A DNA stretch of 38,458 bases from Gammaproteobacteria bacterium (GCA_010031985.1 RGYP01000001.1:1-38458); one strand, 5' to 3'. Positions 16,367 through 26,115 are shown, counted from the first letter of the stretch. The notes: a model not told the origin generated them from the sequence alone. Numbers and translations: made by a program.

Positions 16367-17770
16367 ATGAGGCGGCTGGCGACACGTATCTTCCTCGCAT
16401 TCTTCGTGGCGCTGCTGCTGAGTGGGCTCGGCGCCATCGGCCTCACCTCGTGGGTATTGTCGGCACGCCAGGAATCCGCCGACAAAGAATTACGGGAAGC
16501 TGCGAGAACCGCAGCGGATGCACTCGCCAAGGGCGGGCGCGATGCCCTGATCGTCTGGGCCAGGCAGCGCAGCGCTGATCGTTCGTATCAGCAAGAGATT
16601 CTGCTCATCGACGAACTGGGCAACGAATTGCTCGGGCGAAAAATCCCCGGTAGCGAATTCACGCCAGCGAACGAAACCGACGAGTACTCGGACTACGAAC
16701 TGCCGGCCGTACTGCTCGATATGCCGCGACCTACGCCCATCCTCGTCAGTGCCGAGGACGAACCCTTCCGGTTGCTGCCGGTGCCACGGCGTGCCGGTCT
16801 CTCCGCGTTGCGCGACGTACCGCTGCAATTGCTGCTGCTGGCGCTCGCGGTGACCGGGCTCGTGAGCGTCTTGCTCGCACGTTCGATCACCCGACCCGTT
16901 CGTGCCTTGCAGCAGACGACCGAATCTTTGACCGGGGGCGCACTCGAGACACGCGTACCCGTCGCGGTGCGCAACCGCCGAGACGAAATCGGCAGACTCG
17001 CCGTCTCGCTCGACATCATGGCCGACCGGCTCGGAAGTCTTATTCGTGGTCAGCGCCAATTGCTGCGCGACGTCTCCCACGAGGTACGATCACCGCTCGC
17101 ACGTATCAGGCTCGCCGCAGGCTTGATGGCGCAGCGTGATCCTGCCGCGACGAGCGCCGCAAATCGAATCGGCGAGGAGATCGCCCGACTCGACGAGCTG
17201 ATCGACAAGATTCTCGATGTGTCGCGACTGGAGTCGGGCACGACCGCCTTCGATCGTGAACCGCTCGAACTACGCAGCCTCCTCGAAGCAATTCTCGTCG
17301 ATGCCCATTTCGAGGCGGCGCAGCTCGGAAAGACACTGGAAAGTCGACTGACCGATGGGCCGCTAGGCGTGATCGGCGATCGATACTGGATCTCGGCGGC
17401 CATCGAGAACGTGGTGCGTAACGCCCTGAAGCACACGCCGGAGGGATCGCAGGTTCTCGTGACGCTCGAGAGCGCCCGCCGCGAGGGCACAAGAGTGGCC
17501 ATCCTCGGCGTCAGCGACACCGGGCACGGTTTGGCGGAGTCTGAGCTCGCTCGCGTCTTCGAGCCTTTTTTTCGCGGCAGCAAAGACGGCGATGGTCACG
17601 CGGCGTCGCCACGCGCAGCCGGTTCAGGTCTGGGGCTCGCCATTGCAGCGCGGGTCGTTCAAGCGCATGGCGGCAAGATCGAGGCGATGAACCTTCGCGA
17701 TGTCGACGGCATGGCGCAAGGCCTGCGCATCATCCTCACGTGGCCGCTGGCGAAAGACCCTGTTGCTTGA
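16367..17770 (+). CDS. cpxA: Sensor histidine kinase, CpxA-like
   Basis: Two TM helices flank a periplasmic domain, followed by HAMP, the H-box LLRDVSHEVRSPLARI, and N/G boxes (NALKHTP, DTGHGL, GSGLGLAI). Directly downstream of the cpxR-like gene. Confidence 0.75.
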   Translation: MRRLATRIFLAFFVALLLSGLGAIGLTSWVLSARQESADKELREAARTAADALAKGGRDALIVWARQRSADRSYQQEILLIDELGNELLGRKIPGSEFTPANETDEYSDYELPAVLLDMPRPTPILVSAEDEPFRLLPVPRRAGLSALRDVPLQLLLLALAVTGLVSVLLARSITRPVRALQQTTESLTGGALETRVPVAVRNRRDEIGRLAVSLDIMADRLGSLIRGQRQLLRDVSHEVRSPLARIRLAAGLMAQRDPAATSAANRIGEEIARLDELIDKILDVSRLESGTTAFDREPLELRSLLEAILVDAHFEAAQLGKTLESRLTDGPLGVIGDRYWISAAIENVVRNALKHTPEGSQVLVTLESARREGTRVAILGVSDTGHGLAESELARVFEPFFRGSKDGDGHAASPRAAGSGLGLAIAARVVQAHGGKIEAMNLRDVDGMAQGLRIILTWPLAKDPVA

Positions 17771-19118
17771 TCCCGAGTTGCAAACGCACCCTGAGACCGG
17801 GCTCGGCATTCTCGAGTATGAGTTTTCCGCGATGCAAACGCGCCACTGCCGCAGCAATCGCGAGCCCGAGACCGGAGCCAGGTTGTCGCGAAGGATGCTC
17901 GAGTCGAACGAAAGGTTTGACGGCTTGCTCGCGGGCATGAGCTGGAATCCCCGGCCCGCGATCTTCGACGATGATCTCGGGACCCGCGTCATCCGCACCG
18001 GGACGTACCACGAGCTTGAGCGCCGAACCGATGGGCGCATACTTGATGGCGTTCTCGAGGAGATTCCCGAGTGCCTGCGCGAGAATTTGCCGGTGGCCCA
18101 CCACTTTCACCGGCGAAATCGAACACTCGAGACGTTGCCCGCGGTCCTCGGCCAACGGCCCGAGCAGGTCGATCATGTCTTTGGCAAGCATGTCGAGGTC
18201 GAGTTCTTCCATCGAATCTCGCGACAAACCTGCTTCGGCACGAGCGAGATCGATGAGTGCACTGAAAGTTTGCAAGGCTCGATTGACGTCGGCCTCGGCA
18301 TCGTTGAGCAATTGCTCACGCACGGCCTCGCTGTCGGCGACACGCGCCGCCGCGAGCGATCGCCGCATGCGCATCAGCGGCGTGCGCAGATCGTGCGCAA
18401 GACTCTCGGTGACGGTGCGCATACCGGTGACCAGCGCTTCGTTCTGATCCAGCATTTCATTGAAGGTCATGGTCAAGGCACCCATGGCGTCCAGACGCTG
18501 CTGCGCCGGCGCGCGCGCGGCCATCTGTCCACGCATGATCTGACGCGCGGTATCTGCCAGCCCGCGCACGTAACCCATGATGTAGCGATTGAGTACAAAT
18601 CCGGTGGCGATACCGATCAGGATAACGAACACGATGATCCCAACGGCTACGCGACCCAGCGCCTTGGCGATTTCGAAGCGGGCCGTGTCGGGTTGGACGA
18701 CGATGAACCGAGCGCCGTCGGCAAGACGAGTGGATCTGACATAGGTATCGCGCCCATCGCCGATCGCGACCCGGTACGCGGCAGAGTCCGACGCGAGCGC
18801 CCGTTGGCGTTCAGGTACCTTGGCCAAGTCACCAACGATCGCGCTACCATTCGGGCCGAGCAAAACGAAGTAGCGCTTGTCCGGAATGTTTTCGTTGCTG
18901 ATGCTCAAGGACTTTGCCAGGGCGGCCCGATCTTCCGGAGTGTCCATTCGAGTGGTCAGAACGATGGCCCGCTCGAGCGACTGGAAGAGCTCGCGATCGT
19001 GGACGGACATGATGCGGAACTGCAACCAGATGAAGCCGAGCACGAAGGCCACGACCATCGTGGCGATCGCGAACAACGACGCAGCGAGTGCACGACGATC
19101 GAAAAGTACTGGAAGCAT
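17736..19118 (-). CDS. Sensor histidine kinase, signal unknown
   Basis: ORF 17736..19163. I prefer the ATG at 19118 (MLPVLFDRRALAASLFAIATMVVAF, TM1 at the N-terminus) over the ATG at 19163, which would overlap the divergent regulator's start. Second TM helix, HAMP, H-box LAHDLRTPLMRM, and NAIKYAP / DRGPGI / GSGLGLAI. Confidence 0.8.
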   Translation of the reverse strand: MLPVLFDRRALAASLFAIATMVVAFVLGFIWLQFRIMSVHDRELFQSLERAIVLTTRMDTPEDRAALAKSLSISNENIPDKRYFVLLGPNGSAIVGDLAKVPERQRALASDSAAYRVAIGDGRDTYVRSTRLADGARFIVVQPDTARFEIAKALGRVAVGIIVFVILIGIATGFVLNRYIMGYVRGLADTARQIMRGQMAARAPAQQRLDAMGALTMTFNEMLDQNEALVTGMRTVTESLAHDLRTPLMRMRRSLAAARVADSEAVREQLLNDAEADVNRALQTFSALIDLARAEAGLSRDSMEELDLDMLAKDMIDLLGPLAEDRGQRLECSISPVKVVGHRQILAQALGNLLENAIKYAPIGSALKLVVRPGADDAGPEIIVEDRGPGIPAHAREQAVKPFVRLEHPSRQPGSGLGLAIAAAVARLHRGKLILENAEPGLRVRLQLGIKQQGLSPAAT

Positions 19119-19154
19119 GCCCCAAGCATGCCACGCCGAGGTTGAGAAGCCCAA

Positions 19155-19826
19155 ATGAGTCATTTATTGCTGATCGAAGACGATGCCGAGACGGCCGCCG
19201 AGATTGTCGCGGCGACGCGCAACGGTGGGCACCAAATCAGTCATGTCATGGACGGCAAGACCGGGCTGGATATCGCCTTGGCCGGCCACTTCGATGTCGT
19301 CGTCACCGACCGCATGCTGCCCGGCCTCGACGGCCTCGGTATCGTCAAGGCCCTGCGCGAATCGGGCAAGTCGATACCCGTGATCGTGCTCTCTGCCCTC
19401 GATTCAGTCGACGAACGAGTCAAGGGATTGCGCGCGGGTGGCGACGATTATCTCGGCAAACCATTTGCGACCGACGAGTTGCTGGCGCGTGTCGAATCGT
19501 TGATTCGGCGACACCAACAAAGCGCGGTGACCTCGTTACAAGTCGAAGACCTGCATCTGGATCTACTCGACCGCACCGCCACACGAGCCGGCCGAACACT
19601 CGATCTCACCACCCGCGAATTCCGACTTCTCGAATATTTCGTTCGGCACGCAGGGCAGGTCGTCACTCGCAGCATGCTGCTGCAGGGCGTCTGGGACATT
19701 CATTACGACCCGCAGACCAACGTGGTCGATGTGCACGTGAGTCGTCTGCGCCACGAAGTCGATCTTGATGCCGAGCATCCGTTGATCGTCACCGTACGCG
19801 GCGTCGGCTACACGCTGCGGGCTTGA
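19155..19826 (+). CDS. OmpR-family response regulator
   Basis: LLLIEDDAETA..VVVTDRMLPGLDG...LSALDSVDERVKGLRAGGDDYLGKPF, and winged helix LTTREFRLLEYF...VDVHVSRLRHEV..VRGVGYTL. Subfamily not assignable by eye. Confidence 0.85.
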   Translation: MSHLLLIEDDAETAAEIVAATRNGGHQISHVMDGKTGLDIALAGHFDVVVTDRMLPGLDGLGIVKALRESGKSIPVIVLSALDSVDERVKGLRAGGDDYLGKPFATDELLARVESLIRRHQQSAVTSLQVEDLHLDLLDRTATRAGRTLDLTTREFRLLEYFVRHAGQVVTRSMLLQGVWDIHYDPQTNVVDVHVSRLRHEVDLDAEHPLIVTVRGVGYTLRA

Positions 19827-20440
19827 GCCGTACTCGCCAAAAACGCCGTCAGGGCATCGCGCAGCTCGTGCAAACGAGCGTGGAAAAAATGATCCGCTTC
19901 GGCCAGTCGAACCACGGTCGATACGCCACTGGCACGTGCCCACTCGTCCACTGCATTCGCATCGACGAGATCGTCGCGATCGCCCTGGATCACGATCCAG
20001 GGACTTTGCGGCGGCGAAATCTTTGAAAAGTCCCAGCGCCCAACGGGTGGCGCCACCGCGACGAGCAACGCTGGCGATACGGGCGCGCGCAGCGCTATCC
20101 ACGCGCCAAAAGAAAAGCCGCCCAGCCACAGCGGCAAACCCGGCCAACGCTCACGCGCCCACCGTGCGAGCGCAACCACATCGTCGGTTTCGCCACGACC
20201 TTCGTCGTGGACTCCCGCCGACGCGCCCACGCCACGAAAATTGAAGCGAATGACCACCGAACCTGCAGCCAGAAAAGTCTTGGCAACGGTGTGAATGACC
20301 TTGTTGGTCATCGAGCCACCGAACAAGGGGTGCGGATGACAACAGATCGCGACCGCAATGGGCGCCACGGATGGCGACTCGATCAAAGTTTCGATGTCGC
20401 CGGCTGCACCCGGGAAACGCATGCGCTCGACGGTGGTCAC
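19808..20440 (-). CDS. Alpha/beta hydrolase (small single-domain type)
   Basis: CHPHPLFGGSMTNKV, nucleophile elbow GFSFGA, and a late DH (EADHFF). The start is either the GTG at 20440 or the ATG at 20422. The 3' end overlaps the convergent regulator gene by 19 nt. Confidence 0.7.
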   Translation of the reverse strand: MTTVERMRFPGAAGDIETLIESPSVAPIAVAICCHPHPLFGGSMTNKVIHTVAKTFLAAGSVVIRFNFRGVGASAGVHDEGRGETDDVVALARWARERWPGLPLWLGGFSFGAWIALRAPVSPALLVAVAPPVGRWDFSKISPPQSPWIVIQGDRDDLVDANAVDEWARASGVSTVVRLAEADHFFHARLHELRDALTAFLASTAQARSV

Positions 20441-20458
20441 GCGCGTGGATGAGCCAAC

Positions 20459-21766
20459 TCAGGGTTGGCGATGGACGATGCCGTCTTTCATCACGAAGTT
20501 GACGCGACGCATCGCGGAAATGTCGGCGAGGGGGTCGCCGGGTACCGCGACGAGATCGGCGATCTTGCCGACTTGTACGCTGCCGAGACGATCGTCGATC
20601 TCCAGAAACTTCGCGGCGACCGAGGTAGCGGACTTGATGGCCTCGAGGGGCAGCATGCCAGCCTCGACCATGAGCACGAATTCCCGTGCGTTGTCACCAT
20701 GCGCCGAGACACCCGTATCGGTCCCAAAGACGATTTTGACACCCGCTTTGTAGGCTTTGGCGAAGGTCCCTTGAATCTGCGGTCCGATCGCGGCTGCCTT
20801 CGGTCGCACCACCGCCGGGAAGAAACCGTCTTCTTTCGAGCGATCGAACACCCAACGACCCGCAGTGATGGTTGGCACGTAGTAAGTGCCCCGTTCTTTC
20901 ATGAGCGCGATGGTTTCGTCGTCCATGAACGTGCCGTGCTCGATGCTGTCGACACCCGCACGCACGGCGCGTTTCATGCCTTCGGCGCCGTGGGCATGCG
21001 CTGCCACCTTGAAACCATAGTCGCGTGCCGTCGCGACGATCGTACGGATTTCGTCTTCGGTGAATTGCGGATTGAGGCCGTTCTTGGCGATTGACAGGAC
21101 GCCGCCGGTCGCAGTAATTTTGATGAGATCCGAACCTTCTTTGTAGCGTTGACGAACGGCCTGAGCCCCCTGCTCTGCGCCGTTCACCACTCCGTCGACC
21201 GGACCGACGTCGCCACCACCGAGAAAATCCGCCCAACCATTGGTGGGATCGGCATGGCCACCGGTACTCGCAATCGACTTGCCTGCAGCGAAGATTCGCG
21301 GCCCGGCCACCTTGCCGGCATTGATGGCGTTGCGCAGCGCAATGCTGGCACGAAAGCTGTCACCGAGATCGCGCACCGTGGTGAAACCCGCCTGCAAGGT
21401 ACGCTCCGCGTAGAGCACGCCATCGAGCGCCACGTCGGGACCGTCTTTCTTGAACCGATCGAGTTCGCTGGAGCGGCTGTACTCGCTGGTCAGATGCACG
21501 TGCATGTCCATCAGCCCGGGCATCAGCGTCGACTTGCGTAGATCGATGACGGTGTCGCCCGCTGCTGGCTTGCGATATCCCGTCTCGATGTTCGTGATGC
21601 GACCTTGATCCACGACGACCGTGCGCTCGGTCACGACCTGATCGCTCACGCCGTCGATCACGCGCCCCGCATGAATCAGCGTTGCGGCCTGCACCGGGCC
21701 CCCGAGCACGACTAAGACAGGAACGAACGCAGCAACGACTGCGACTCCGACGGATTTGGTGATCAT
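20459..21766 (-). CDS. Secreted amidohydrolase-superfamily metallohydrolase
   Basis: Signal peptide [27 protein letters not shown]. Metal ligands in context: [29 protein letters not shown]. Confidence 0.8.
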   Translation of the reverse strand: MITKSVGVAVVAAFVPVLVVLGGPVQAATLIHAGRVIDGVSDQVVTERTVVVDQGRITNIETGYRKPAAGDTVIDLRKSTLMPGLMDMHVHLTSEYSRSSELDRFKKDGPDVALDGVLYAERTLQAGFTTVRDLGDSFRASIALRNAINAGKVAGPRIFAAGKSIASTGGHADPTNGWADFLGGGDVGPVDGVVNGAEQGAQAVRQRYKEGSDLIKITATGGVLSIAKNGLNPQFTEDEIRTIVATARDYGFKVAAHAHGAEGMKRAVRAGVDSIEHGTFMDDETIALMKERGTYYVPTITAGRWVFDRSKEDGFFPAVVRPKAAAIGPQIQGTFAKAYKAGVKIVFGTDTGVSAHGDNAREFVLMVEAGMLPLEAIKSATSVAAKFLEIDDRLGSVQVGKIADLVAVPGDPLADISAMRRVNFVMKDGIVHRQP

Positions 21767-21778
21767 GACGGACCCGGC

Positions 21779-22243
21779 TCAGCGAACCGAAACCAGTTCG
21801 ACGTCGAACACCAGCGTCGCGCCACCCGGGATCACCCCGCCCGCGCCACGCGCCCCGTAACCGAGCTCTGCCGGGATGACGAGGCGACGCTTGCCGCCCA
21901 CTTTCATGCCAGCGACGCCGAGGTCCCAGCCACGAATCACCTCGCCGCCACCGACCGTGAAAGAAAACGTACTGCCATGATCGCGCGAACTATCGAACTT
22001 GCGACCCTTGCCCTCGGTTTTCTCCGGATCGTGCAACCAGCCGGTGTAGTGAACTTCGGCGGTCTGACCGTTCGTTATTTCGGGGCCTTCTCCGGGAGCA
22101 AGGTCTTCTTTGATGAGTTCTGCCATCGCGGCCTCCTGCGCTTGAGTGTCGCCGCGATCGGACGCCAGCAACGTGGGAAGGTAGATTGCGGCCACCAGCG
22201 CCATGGTGACCGCTACGATCAACGACCAGGCAACGGTTCTCAT
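21779..22243 (-). CDS. FKBP-type peptidyl-prolyl cis-trans isomerase with N-terminal membrane anchor or signal
   Basis: VHYTGWL....GRKFDSSRDHGSTFSFTVGGGEVIRGWDLGVAGMKVGGKRRLVIPAELGYG...IPGGATLVFDVELV. ATGA overlap with the msrB stop. Confidence 0.85.
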   Translation of the reverse strand: MRTVAWSLIVAVTMALVAAIYLPTLLASDRGDTQAQEAAMAELIKEDLAPGEGPEITNGQTAEVHYTGWLHDPEKTEGKGRKFDSSRDHGSTFSFTVGGGEVIRGWDLGVAGMKVGGKRRLVIPAELGYGARGAGGVIPGGATLVFDVELVSVR

Positions 22244-22665
22244 TTATTTGACTCCGCAGCGCTCTTTGACTCCGCAGCGCCCTGAAAAGCCAGTGAGACG
22301 GAGTTGATGCAATAACGCAGACCCGTCGGCTGCGGTCCGTCCTCGAAAACGTGCCCGAGATGAGCGTCGCAGTTGGCGCAGACGACCTCGGTGCGCAGCA
22401 TGCCGTAGCTGGTGTCGCGATGCTCGCGAACACGGTCGCCCGCGAGCGGCGTCCAGAAACTCGGCCACCCGGAACCCGAGTCGTATTTGGTGTCCGAGTG
22501 AAAAAGCTCGTTGCCACAGCAGACGCATGCGTACACCCCACGCTCCTTGTGGTAGGTGTACGCACCCGTGAACGCGCGCTCGGTACCCTTGTTGCAGGTC
22601 ACCTCGAAGGCGAGTGGCGAGAGCCGCGCACGCAATTCTTCGGCGGTCGGAACGGGCTTGCTCAT
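22240..22665 (-). CDS. msrB: Peptide-methionine (R)-S-oxide reductase
   Basis: YACVCCGNELF, SGWPSFW and RTEVVCANCDAHLGHVFEDGP (two CxxC pairs plus the catalytic region). Confidence 0.9.
   Translation of the reverse strand: MSKPVPTAEELRARLSPLAFEVTCNKGTERAFTGAYTYHKERGVYACVCCGNELFHSDTKYDSGSGWPSFWTPLAGDRVREHRDTSYGMLRTEVVCANCDAHLGHVFEDGPQPTGLRYCINSVSLAFQGAAESKSAAESNK
22247..22280. repeat. Perfect 16-nt direct repeat with 18-bp period at the msrB 3' end
   Basis: tttgactccgcagcgc occurs at 22247-22262 and again at 22265-22280. It encodes the tail AAESKS-AAESNK of MsrB and ends 4 nt from the FKBP start codon. Confidence 0.9.
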
Positions 22666-22694
22666 GCGCGGATTATGGCACGCCCCGAGGCGCC

Positions 22695-24602
22695 TCAGAC
22701 TCCGGCCATCAATTGCCCGAGCAACTTGTTGAGCCGGCGCACGAACTCACCCGGGTTCGCAACCGCCCCCGACTCGGCCAATTTCGCCTGGTCGTACACC
22801 AGCAAAGCAAGCTCGCCGAACTCGTCCTCGGCTGTGGTCGCATCGAGTCGCTTGATGAGCGGGTGGCCGACGTTGATCTCGATGGCCGGCTTTGCCTCGG
22901 GCACCGACTGACCGGTCGCCGCGAGAATGCGCCGCATCTGCGCGCCCATGTCGCCCTCGTCGAGCACCAGACAGGCCGGGGAATCGGCGAGGCGGGAACT
23001 AACCTTGACCTCGGACACGCGCTCATCGAGCGCATCCTTGATGCGCTTCAACAATTTCTTGTTTTCCTTGACGGCCTCTTCGGCTGCTGCCTTGTCGGCT
23101 GCACCCTCAAGTGTGCCGAGCTCCAGATCGCCACGCGAGACGTCCTTGAAGCGCTTGCCTTCGAACTCGCGTACGTAGCCCATCATCCATTCATCGACAC
23201 GGTCGGCGAGCAGCAGCACCTCGATGCCCTTGGCACGCAACTGTTCGAGGTATGGGCTGCCGCGCGCAGCAGTGATCGAGTCCGCGATCAGATAATAGAT
23301 GCGCTCCTGTCCGCTCTTCATGCGCGCCACGTAATCGGCAAGAGTGACTTTCGGTTCGTCGGACTCTTCGTGGGTGCTCGAGAATCGCAGCAACGGCAGG
23401 ATCTTGTCGCGGTTCGAAGCATCTTCACCCGTGCCCTCCTTGAGCACAGGACCAAACTCTTTCCAAAACGTGACGTATTTATCGGGCTCGTCCTTGGCGA
23501 TGCGGGCGAGCAGATCGAGAGCGCGCTTGGCAAGCGCGGAGCGCATGGCCTCCACCTCGGCGTCTTTCTGCAACAACTCGCGCGAGACGTTCAGAGGCAA
23601 ATCGTTGGAGTCGAGCACGCCGCGGAAAAAGCGCAGATACATCGGCAAGAACTGCTCGGCATCGTCCATGATGAAGACGCGCCGCACGTACAGCTTCAGC
23701 CCGCGCGACGCATCACGCTGGTAGAGGTCGAACGGCGCACGGCCCGGCACGTACAGCAACGAGGTGTACTCGCGCTTGCCCTCGACCTTGTTATGGCTCC
23801 AGGCCAGTGGCTCGGCGAAGTCGTGCGCGATATGCTGGTAAAACTCTTTGTACTCTTCGTCTTTGATGTCGCTGCGCGGACGCGTCCACAGCGCCTGCCC
23901 CTGATTGACCGATTCCCAGTCGAGACTCGCTTCGCCCTCCTTGCGCATCAGCACCGGGAAAGCGATGTGGTCGGAATAACGCCGGACCAGCGAGCGCAGG
24001 CGCCAGCCATCGGCGAATTCTTTGGCTTCTTCCTTGAGGTGCAGTACCACCATCGTGCCACGCTCGTCACGGGCCGAGGGCTCGATGGTGAACTCGCCAT
24101 CGGCTTTCGAGGCCCAACGTATGCCGGACGCTGCGGGCTCGCCCGCCTTGCGTGAATACACTTCGACCTCGTCGGCGACGATGAATGCCGAGTAGAAACC
24201 GACGCCGAACTGGCCGATGAGCTGGGAGTCCTTTTGCTGATCGCCGGTCAGTCGTTTGAAAAAGTCAGCCGTGCCCGACTTCGCGATGGTGCCGAGGTGA
24301 GCGATCGTCTCCTCGCGATTCATGCCGATGCCGTTGTCGCGGATCGAGAGCGTGCGTTGGGTGGCGTCGAAGTCGATCCACACCTTGAGCTCGGCCTCGC
24401 CCGCGAGCAGATCCGGCTGTGCCAAGGCCAGAAAGCGCAGCTTGTCGTTGGCGTCCGAGGCATTGGAAATCAGCTCGCGTAGAAAAATCTCGCGGTGGCT
24501 GTATAGCGAGTGGATCATGAGGCGCAGCAGTTCGCGCACCTCGGCCTGAAAGCCGTGTTTTTCGGGGGCGGGAGCAGTGCCCGCGGCAGTGGACTCGGTC
24601 AT
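22695..24602 (-). CDS. htpG: Molecular chaperone HtpG (Hsp90)
   Basis: [53 protein letters not shown], full length (635 aa). Confidence 0.95.
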   Translation of the reverse strand: MTESTAAGTAPAPEKHGFQAEVRELLRLMIHSLYSHREIFLRELISNASDANDKLRFLALAQPDLLAGEAELKVWIDFDATQRTLSIRDNGIGMNREETIAHLGTIAKSGTADFFKRLTGDQQKDSQLIGQFGVGFYSAFIVADEVEVYSRKAGEPAASGIRWASKADGEFTIEPSARDERGTMVVLHLKEEAKEFADGWRLRSLVRRYSDHIAFPVLMRKEGEASLDWESVNQGQALWTRPRSDIKDEEYKEFYQHIAHDFAEPLAWSHNKVEGKREYTSLLYVPGRAPFDLYQRDASRGLKLYVRRVFIMDDAEQFLPMYLRFFRGVLDSNDLPLNVSRELLQKDAEVEAMRSALAKRALDLLARIAKDEPDKYVTFWKEFGPVLKEGTGEDASNRDKILPLLRFSSTHEESDEPKVTLADYVARMKSGQERIYYLIADSITAARGSPYLEQLRAKGIEVLLLADRVDEWMMGYVREFEGKRFKDVSRGDLELGTLEGAADKAAAEEAVKENKKLLKRIKDALDERVSEVKVSSRLADSPACLVLDEGDMGAQMRRILAATGQSVPEAKPAIEINVGHPLIKRLDATTAEDEFGELALLVYDQAKLAESGAVANPGEFVRRLNKLLGQLMAGV

Positions 24603-24630
24603 GGCATATCTCCTCGGAAACCGAGCGGTG

Positions 24631-24658
24631 TGTGGGGGTGTCGGCCGCCGATTTCAAG
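24631..24658 (-). promoter_or_regulatory. Sigma32-type heat-shock promoter upstream of htpG
   Basis: The minus strand reads CTTGAAA (24658-24652), a 13-nt spacer, then CCCCCACA (24638-24631). The consensus is CTTGAAA-N13-15-CCCCATnT. The -10 element ends 28 nt upstream of the htpG ATG. Confidence 0.5.
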
Positions 24659-24681
24659 GGGCGGCCCGGAGAGAGATCGGC

Positions 24682-26070
24682 TCAGCTGCGCACGATGCGA
24701 TAGCAGGGCACGTAGGCGGCGCCGGGTAGCTTCATCCGCTGCTGCGCGACGAAGCCCGTCAACAACTCGTCGAGCATGGCCATGATGGCCGGGTCGCCCA
24801 CCAACTCGAAGGGCCCATGGCGCTCGATCGCGCGGATGCCGTGCTCCTTAACGTTGCCGCTGACGATACCGGAGAACGCCCGCCGCAAATCGGCTGCTAA
24901 TTGGTGCGCCGGCTGCTCACGATGCAAACGCAGGGTACGCATCGAGGCATGCGTGACCTCGAACGGTCGCTGGAATTCGGGATCGATCCGCAGCAGCCAG
25001 TTGAAATTGAAGGAGTCCGAATTTTTCTTGCGGTAGTCGCGTACCTCGTCGACCCCGCGATCCATGATGCGTGCGACTTCGGCCTGATCCTCGATCACGA
25101 TGCGGATGCGATCGAGCGCGGCCTCGCCGATGGTTTTGGCGAGGAAGTCGCGGATTTTCTCGAAGTAGGCAGCGCTCTTGCGCGGACCGGTGAGCACCAC
25201 CGGGAAGCGTTGCTCGGCGTTGGCCGGGTCGAGCAGAATACCGAGCAGATAAAAGATTTCTTCGGCTGTGCCTACACCACCCGGAAAAACCACGAGGCCG
25301 TGCGCCACCCGCACGAAGGCCTCGAGACGCTTTTCGATGTCGGGCATGATCACGAGATTGTTGACGATCGGGTTCGGTGGCTCGGCGGCAATGATTCCGG
25401 GCTCGGTCAAGCCCACGTAGCGGCCGGCCACGATGCGCTGCTTGGCATGCCCGATGGTGGCGCCTTTCATGGGGCCTTTCATGGCACCGGGCCCGCACCC
25501 CGTACAAACGTCGAGTCCGCGCAGTCCGAGTTCGTAGCCGACGCGCTTGGTGTATTCGTACTCTTCACGATTGATCGAATGCCCGCCCCAGCAGACGATC
25601 AGGTTCGGCCGCGATTTGTGATCGAGCAATCGGGCATTACGCAGAATGTGGAATACCGCGTTGGTGATCGATTGCGGTCTCGAGAGATCGAAGCGGCCGC
25701 TATCGACGATTTCATTGGCGGTGTAGACGATGTCGCGCAACACCGCGAACAGCAGTTCTTTGGTCCCCTGGATCATTTGTCCGTCGACGAAAGCCATCGC
25801 TGGTGCATTGCGGATCTCGAGCTTGACGCCGAACGCATGGCGCAGGATGCGGATGTCGAAGTCGCGATAACGATCGAAGATTTCACGAGCGTCGTCGGTA
25901 TCGCTGCCGGCGTTGAGGACCGCGAGCGCACACTGCCGAAAGAGCGGATAGAGACCGCCCTGCCCGGTCGACAACAACTGCTCGATCTCGTCCTGCGACA
26001 GACTCTCGAGGGCACCGCGGGGGGCGACGCGCGCGTCGACGACTTCGGGGATGACGATGCTGGTTTCCAA
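24682..26070 (-). CDS. ppnN: Nucleotide 5'-monophosphate nucleosidase PpnN (YgdH, LOG-family)
   Basis: Colinear with E. coli PpnN: VCWGGHSINREEYEYTKRVG, CTGCGPGAMKGPMKGA, IMPDIEKRLEAFVR, FPGGVGTAEEIFYLLGILL, AADLRRAFSGIVSGNVKE. The start is TTG at 26070, with GGAG 7 nt upstream. Confidence 0.85.
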   Translation of the reverse strand: METSIVIPEVVDARVAPRGALESLSQDEIEQLLSTGQGGLYPLFRQCALAVLNAGSDTDDAREIFDRYRDFDIRILRHAFGVKLEIRNAPAMAFVDGQMIQGTKELLFAVLRDIVYTANEIVDSGRFDLSRPQSITNAVFHILRNARLLDHKSRPNLIVCWGGHSINREEYEYTKRVGYELGLRGLDVCTGCGPGAMKGPMKGATIGHAKQRIVAGRYVGLTEPGIIAAEPPNPIVNNLVIMPDIEKRLEAFVRVAHGLVVFPGGVGTAEEIFYLLGILLDPANAEQRFPVVLTGPRKSAAYFEKIRDFLAKTIGEAALDRIRIVIEDQAEVARIMDRGVDEVRDYRKKNSDSFNFNWLLRIDPEFQRPFEVTHASMRTLRLHREQPAHQLAADLRRAFSGIVSGNVKEHGIRAIERHGPFELVGDPAIMAMLDELLTGFVAQQRMKLPGAAYVPCYRIVRS

Positions 26071-26115
26071 GAGGCACTCCGTGGGCGGCTTCCAGCCAAG
26101 GATAGCCGGAGAGGA

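Noticed and set aside
17700-19145. 481-aa ORF antisense to the second histidine kinase
   Set aside because: The kinase strand shows TM-HAMP-H-box-N/G-box order. The antisense product has none.
22687-22696. Perfect 10-bp palindrome GAGGCGCCTC between htpG and msrB
   Set aside because: It has no loop, overlaps the htpG stop codon and is short for GC-rich DNA. It is likely a chance occurrence and not a terminator.
22614-24155. 513-aa ORF antisense to htpG
   Set aside because: HtpG on the opposite strand is full length with canonical Hsp90 motifs. The antisense translation is low-complexity and fits a GC-driven open frame.
24643-24666. Hairpin GGCCGCC-N10-GGCGGCC after the ppnN stop, as an intrinsic terminator
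   Set aside because: On the transcribed (minus) strand it is followed by GACACCCCC and not a U-tract. Its loop is the CTTGAAA -35 element of the sigma32-like promoter. It may still pause or terminate weakly, but it is not a canonical terminator.
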